Below are positions 41,495-44,215 of a stretch of DNA of 44,215 nucleotides, piece by piece. Each line of letters starts with the position of its first letter. The first letter of the stretch is position 1. The DNA lies in IMG/VR virus record IMGVR_UViG_3300044501_000006, positions 1 to 44,215 of that record. One strand, 5' to 3'. A program made the translations under genes and the position numbers. Below the pieces are notes generated by a model. The model worked only from the letters and a program-made list of their open reading frames with translations, did no database searches and was not told the origin of the DNA. Origin of the DNA: a virus.

Positions 41495-41682
41495 AAGAGA
41501 AAAAGATGTCTCCAGTCGCGCAGTTGGCGATTCGACAGACGATGGCCGAGTGCCAGCGCGCGCTCGCGAGCACGGTGGTGGTCGCCGCGCAGTCGGACAA
41601 GATCGACCTGCGGGACGGGTGGGTCGCGGACGCGCAGCGCGCCCTATGGGTGAAAGCTGACAAGTCGGGGAAAACCGGGTAA
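41491..41682 (+). CDS. Hypothetical small protein (63 aa)
   Basis: ATG in an ATGA overlap with the tail-collar stop. Confidence 0.55.
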   Translation: MKEKKMSPVAQLAIRQTMAECQRALASTVVVAAQSDKIDLRDGWVADAQRALWVKADKSGKTG

Positions 41683-41698
41683 CTTTCAGGGGCGCATC

Positions 41699-42610
41699 AT
41701 GCACACATTTCTCTCGTTCCTGTTCCTCACTCTCGCGGCCGTGGTTTCTGTTGTTCGGGGACCGACCGAGGACGGCCTCACGTTCGCGATCGCGCCGTTC
41801 GTGTTGCCCCTGATCGGGGCCGGGCTCGGGTTCGCGTCCAGCTTCTTCGGACCAAAGAATCAGACCAGCACGTCCACGACGACCCTGGACCCCGCGACGC
41901 AGCGGTGGCTGGAGCAGTACCGGCAACAGGCGTTTCAGAACTATCAGAACTCGGGCGCGCTGAATCCGTACGCGCAGAGCGCGTATGATCGGTTCAGTCA
42001 AGGCGCGGGTGGCCTCAACTTTGGGATGCGGACCGGGCTCGGTGGCTTGGACGAGTACATGAACCCGTACCTGCAGGACGTGATCGGTAGCACGCAGGGC
42101 GACTTTGACCGTTTGCGTGGGCAGGCACTAACCAGGTCCGCGCAGGAGGCAACGAGTCGTGGCGCGTTCGGGGGCTCACGGTCCGGCATCCTACAAGCGA
42201 TGTCGTTGGACGACGTGGGTAGGCGCGAAGCGAGCACGCTAGCCGATCTCCGCTACAAAGGTTACCAGAGCGCCGTGGAGCAGATGATGGCCGAGCGTGA
42301 GCGTATGCTGGGGGTGGGGCAGTGGGGTGGAGAAGGCATGGCCGGGATCGGGAAGGACTTCGACGCGAACCGGCGCGCGGCGATGGAGGCGATGGGTTTC
42401 GGCCTCACGTTCGGGGGCAGCAGCACGCGCAGTTCTACGCCGATCTACCGTAATCCCATCGCGGGCGCGCTCGGTGGCGCGTCGCTGGGCTTGAGCATGG
42501 GCGGTGGCGGCACGCAACGTGCGTTCATACCGGACTTCGCGGCCACGATGCCAGGGCCAGTCCAGTGGCCACGGTTCGGCAGCAGCGCGCGGTTCGGGTT
42601 CGGGGGATAA
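41699..42610 (+). CDS. Internal virion / ejection protein with N-terminal TM helices (303 aa)
   Basis: Hydrophobic N-terminus FLSFLFLTLAAVVSVV and FVLPLIGAGLGFASSFF; Gly/Gln-rich remainder; first gene of the block leading to the giant protein. Confidence 0.7.
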   Translation: MHTFLSFLFLTLAAVVSVVRGPTEDGLTFAIAPFVLPLIGAGLGFASSFFGPKNQTSTSTTTLDPATQRWLEQYRQQAFQNYQNSGALNPYAQSAYDRFSQGAGGLNFGMRTGLGGLDEYMNPYLQDVIGSTQGDFDRLRGQALTRSAQEATSRGAFGGSRSGILQAMSLDDVGRREASTLADLRYKGYQSAVEQMMAERERMLGVGQWGGEGMAGIGKDFDANRRAAMEAMGFGLTFGGSSTRSSTPIYRNPIAGALGGASLGLSMGGGGTQRAFIPDFAATMPGPVQWPRFGSSARFGFGG

Positions 42611-42613
42611 CTG

Positions 42614-43648
42614 ATGCCAGCACATCGATCTCTTTGGGACCGCGTGCAGGAGGGCAGCGAGCGGCTGATGGGGCTGCCGCCGCGCGGCCTGCTGGACCCG
42701 AGCGTGCAGAACATCGCGCGGCAGCGCGGTCTGCTCGCGATGGGGAGCAATCTGCTGCAGAGCGCGAACACGATGGACCCGAACCGGGCCGGGCTCGCGG
42801 GCGCCTTAGGTGCCGGTCTGGAGGCGGGTCGCGCAGGCGCGGCCGAGGGCGTGGAGATGGGGCAGGGCGTGCAGGCGCAGCAGATGATGATGCAGCGTCG
42901 CGCGGTGCTCCAGAAGTACGCGCGGCGCATGGACGACCCGGCCGCACTCGTTCAGGCCGCCAATGAGTTGATGCAGTTGGGGGACCAGGAAGGCGCGACC
43001 GCGCTCCTGACGCAGGCGCGCAGTTTGGGCGAGAGCGAAGTCAAAGAGGGCGTCGGTCCTGGTGGCGAACCAGGTTTCTTTCGCGTGCCGCAGCGCGGCG
43101 CCGCGACGCGTGTACCAGGCGTCGCCCCTGCAACCGAGGACAAGTCGTTCGACCAGGAGAACGCACTGTACGGGCGCTACATCCAGCAGACGGCCCCGTT
43201 CCAGACCGTTGCGCAGTCGTACGGCGCGCTCGAAGCTGCCACGAAGGACCACACGGGCGCGAGCGACATGGCGCTGATCTTCTCGTACATGAAGATGTTG
43301 GACCCCGGCTCCAGCGTGCGAGAGGGGGAGTACGCGACCGCGCAGAACACGGGCAGCGTGCCGGAGCGCGTGCGCGCGATGTATAACCAGATCGTGGGGG
43401 GCACGAAGCTAACGGATGTGCAGCGGAACGAGTTCGTGAAGCAGGCGCGACTACTGGCCGCCAGTTCCACAGCGCAGTTGCACCAACTCATGGAGCGGTA
43501 CCGTGACACGGCGAAACGGTACGGGCTCAACCCGGCGAATGTCGTGTACGACTATTTTGGCGCGGCCGGGCCGCGCCCGCCCGTGACGCCGCGCACCGGC
43601 ACCGTGGGCGACTTCTTCAACAACCACGATCCAGGGAGAGCACGATGA
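42614..43648 (+). CDS. Internal virion / ejection protein (344 aa)
   Basis: The DMALIFSYMKMLDPGSSVREGEYATAQN motif recurs in podophage internal proteins (recollection); position. Confidence 0.7.
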   Translation: MPAHRSLWDRVQEGSERLMGLPPRGLLDPSVQNIARQRGLLAMGSNLLQSANTMDPNRAGLAGALGAGLEAGRAGAAEGVEMGQGVQAQQMMMQRRAVLQKYARRMDDPAALVQAANELMQLGDQEGATALLTQARSLGESEVKEGVGPGGEPGFFRVPQRGAATRVPGVAPATEDKSFDQENALYGRYIQQTAPFQTVAQSYGALEAATKDHTGASDMALIFSYMKMLDPGSSVREGEYATAQNTGSVPERVRAMYNQIVGGTKLTDVQRNEFVKQARLLAASSTAQLHQLMERYRDTAKRYGLNPANVVYDYFGAAGPRPPVTPRTGTVGDFFNNHDPGRAR

Positions 43649-44215
43649 ACCCCGAAGCCCTGCGCGCCCTGCTCAAGACCGCGAACGCGGCGCTGCGCGC
43701 CGGGTTCCCGCGCGCGGACGTGGACGCGGAACTCGCGACACGTCTCGGCCGCCCGACGACGTTGCGCGACTTCGCGAAGGAAGTGGCCGCGCTCCCGGCC
43801 GAGACCACCAAGGGACCGCTCACTGAGAAAGACCTACTGCGCGTGTGGGCGCACAAGATATCTCTCGGGTGGCTGGACGAGATTGAGGCCAGTATCCGCA
43901 GCGGCGCGCTGCGCGGTACCGAGTACATGGCCGCGCGCGATAAGGTGCGCGCGGAAGTCGAGCGCACGGAACGAGACTACCCCTGGGCAGCGCGAACGGT
44001 GGGCCTCCTGGGCGGCGCGGCCGGAGTAACGGGTGTTGCGGCGGGCCTTGCGGCGACGGGCATCCTGGCGCCCGGCGTTGCCGGAGTCACGGGCATCATC
44101 CCACAGACGGCCGCGAACACGATCGCGGGCAGCATGGCGGGCGGCGGCGCCGTCACGGGCGGCGTCGCGGGCGGGATCGCGGGCGCGGGCGGTCTGCTGG
44201 GTGAGGAGGACACTG
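43645..44215 (+). CDS. N-terminal part of the Gly/Ala-rich internal virion protein; continues across the circular junction to position 300
   Basis: ATG 43645 in an ATGA overlap with the upstream stop. Open to the window end, in frame with 1..300. The last 127 nt duplicate 1..127. Confidence 0.7.
   Translation, partial: MNPEALRALLKTANAALRAGFPRADVDAELATRLGRPTTLRDFAKEVAALPAETTKGPLTEKDLLRVWAHKISLGWLDEIEASIRSGALRGTEYMAARDKVRAEVERTERDYPWAARTVGLLGGAAGVTGVAAGLAATGILAPGVAGVTGIIPQTAANTIAGSMAGGGAVTGGVAGGIAGAGGLLGEEDT
44089..44215. repeat. Terminal overlap, copy 2 (identical to 1..127)
   Basis: Exact 127/127 identity with the window start. Confidence 0.97.

Noticed and set aside
40784-42001. 405-aa minus-strand ORF opposite the fibre, tail-collar and internal-protein genes
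   Set aside because: Antisense artefact; it overlaps a clear tail-collar domain gene.
1-44215. CRISPR arrays, transposases/IS elements, integrase, single-subunit phage RNA polymerase
   Set aside because: No regularly spaced repeat-spacer array and no ORF with matching size or motifs was seen on either strand. This is a limit of visual inspection; small or divergent elements could be missed.

Overview
GC-rich window (about two-thirds G+C by eye, not computed). The last 127 nt (44089..44215) are identical to the first 127 nt, so this is a circularly closed contig of 44,088 unique bp. It reads as a complete tailed-phage genome of podovirus type. I see no tape-measure, tube or sheath genes; it has a nozzle-type tail protein, fibres, and a block of internal/ejection proteins that includes a 1450-aa giant. 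The genome has two divergent arms that start from a lower-GC control region at about 20116..20398. The leftward (minus-strand) arm, 20115 down to 4680, carries small early genes and a replication/nucleotide module: metallophosphoesterase, HD hydrolase, PD-(D/E)XK resolvase-like nuclease, SNF2 helicase, DUF2800 nuclease, DUF2815-type SSB, a tRNA, family-A DNA polymerase, prim-pol/D5-type primase-helicase, a DUF5664-like protein and DUF932. The rightward (plus-strand) arm, 20399 through the junction to 4653, carries: terS; a 440-bp non-coding stretch; a second tRNA-like gene; an accessory cassette (P-loop kinase-like, GT-A glycosyltransferase, Zn-ribbon/hexapeptide acyltransferase); terL; an HExxH protein; portal; scaffold; SU10/DUF5309-type major capsid; a second glycosyltransferase; a lower-GC receptor-binding module; a holin-like plus DUF5675 cassette; tail proteins; and ejection proteins. 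I recognised no integrase, phage RNA polymerase, CRISPR array or reverse transcriptase. Genes are packed with about 28 ATGA/GTGA/TTGA/TGATG stop-start overlaps, which I used to refine starts. Most interesting points: (1) both tRNA genes share an extra unpaired C at the same acceptor-stem position, and each is followed, one nt after the discriminator, by the non-AUG start codon of the next gene; (2) a perfect 35-bp inverted repeat lies 2.2 kb apart inside two same-strand CDSs, next to a 33-bp in-frame tandem duplication in the HD gene; (3) a glycan-type enzyme cassette splits terS from terL, with a second GT after the capsid gene; (4) the only lysin candidate I can see is a DUF5675 (YkuD-like) protein. 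All family assignments come from motif recall and gene context only; no searches were run.
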